A DNA stretch of 59,746 nt, counting the filler, from Basidiobolus meristosporus CBS 931.73 (lineage: Eukaryota; Fungi; Basidiobolomycota): assembly GCA_002104905.1 (NCBI GenBank). It is 3 parts of 3 records of this genome, joined end to end, with 100 filler letters (N's around TTAATTAATTAA, not from the genome) between each part and the next. Parts side by side here need not be neighbours in the genome. Positions count along the whole stretch, not along the records: positions 44,405 to 59,746 come from MCFE01001150.1; 2 more parts are not named here. One strand, given 5' to 3'. The first letter of the stretch is position 1. Each line of letters starts with the position of its first letter. The position numbers were made by a program, and so were the translations under genes. The notes under the pieces were generated by a model, which saw only the letters and a program-made list of their open reading frames with translations, made no database searches and was not told where the DNA came from. Below, in pieces: positions 58,620-59,746 of the stretch.

Positions 58620-59746
58620 TGATCTTTCATCATCTTGTGCAAATGATAAAATTGATGTGCCCAAATCTCCTGTGCCAAAAAATTGGTGTTTCTTCATTTA
58701 AGTTACTTGTAGTGGCCTCCAGATATGATGGAATAAAAGTCAACTTGTATAGACTCTGATCTCTGATACCCAAAGCAATATGGGCACCATTTTGATCAGT
58801 GATCTTGCATCCAGAATTGTCAAAGCTGAAACTGAGTCCTTTGGCTGTGACCTTGCTTACAGATAGTAGGTTCTTGGCTATTTCTGGTACATAAAGTACT
58901 TCTTCAAAGGTCAGTGTATGGCTTCCTTCACTGCTTCAAAGGCTTACTTGGATAGCTCCTTCTCCCACTGCATCAAGTGTTCTATTGTCACCTATGAAAA
59001 CCTTCTTAATTGGAATTTCTTGATATTAGGAAAATAGTTCTTTTTGGTGTGTAAAGTGTTGAGATGCTCCAGAGTCAATATACCATGTATGAGAATTCTT
59101 GTTTGTGCTCATATTTAGTGCCAATATGAATAGTGTATCTTCAGTTGTTGCAGCATTTCTATATTCAGGCATTTTCTGCTGACTATCTCTCTTTTTAAAG
59201 CACCAGTCTGAAGTGTATCCTTTCCTTTTGCAGTAGTTGCAAAACAGGTTGCTATTGCCTTTGTAAGGTCTTGGGTAGCTCCTTTGTTGGTTATCATTGC
59301 TTATTAAAGCATTTTCTTCTTCCTTCTTATTGGCACTTGATTTTCTTAATTCTTCATTCAGGAGCCTTCCATATATGTAATTTAAGGTCAAGTCTTCAGT
59401 TCTGGACTCTAGGGCTGATACAAGGCCCTGAAACCTGTCTGTCAGGCTATTCAGAATGGTAACTATTACATCCTCATCAGTTGTTGGTACACCCACAGAT
59501 TCCATCTCATCTACAAGCAGGGTAATTCTATTAATTAGATTTTTCATTTCTTCTCCTGGCAGCATCTTTGTAGTAAAGAGTTTTTGTCTCAGATATATTT
59601 TCTTAGCAGCTGAACATGACTGGTAGGTGTCTTCTAATGCCTTCCAGGCATTCTTTGCTGTTTTTGCTCTTGATCATTGAATTAGCAATTTGTCCTTAAT
59701 ATTAAGGCAAATGCAGTTAAAGGCACTTGTTCTTTCTTCTGGTACT
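58620..59746 (-). mobile_element. Ty1/copia fragment (gag-PR-pre-integrase), continuing off the window
   Basis: Collinear with 1340-2450; ORF 59026-59565 then a frameshift/stop. Confidence 0.93.

Overview
Eukaryotic, most likely fungal DNA: 52-65 nt GT-AG introns, a TTAGGG telomere, Dis3L2/Ssd1- and ferroportin-like genes, and fungal-type TEs. An early-diverging lineage is my inference, not shown. The window is three contigs joined by artificial 100-bp linkers (N44-TTAATTAATTAA-N44 at 26830-26929 and 44305-44404), so adjacency across the linkers is not evidence. Contig 1 (1-26829) holds a nest of Ty1/copia elements. One carries a Ty3/gypsy element with an extra third ORF (2486-9258, TSD CATTC); another carries a nearly intact chromovirus (11378-17295, TSD CAGGG). 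These are followed by a 6-exon ferroportin gene and a Dis3L2/Ssd1-family gene cut by the gap. Contig 2 (26930-44304) is a subtelomere with a triplicated cassette of small secreted-protein genes and pseudogenes, plus a spliced 10-Cys secreted protein. It ends in a LINE-type reverse transcriptase whose reading frame runs open right up to 37 TTAGGG repeats. Contig 3 (44405-59746) contains decayed CACTA/Tnp2 and Harbinger/ISL2EU-type transposases, long fold-back elements and another copia. The best candidate for an undescribed system is the telomere-terminal, CpG-free LINE-like retroelement. Its 3' end is telomere-complementary rather than poly(A), and it sits directly on a truncated LTR, as if attached to a broken chromosome end. 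All comparisons and counts were made by eye; no searches were run.
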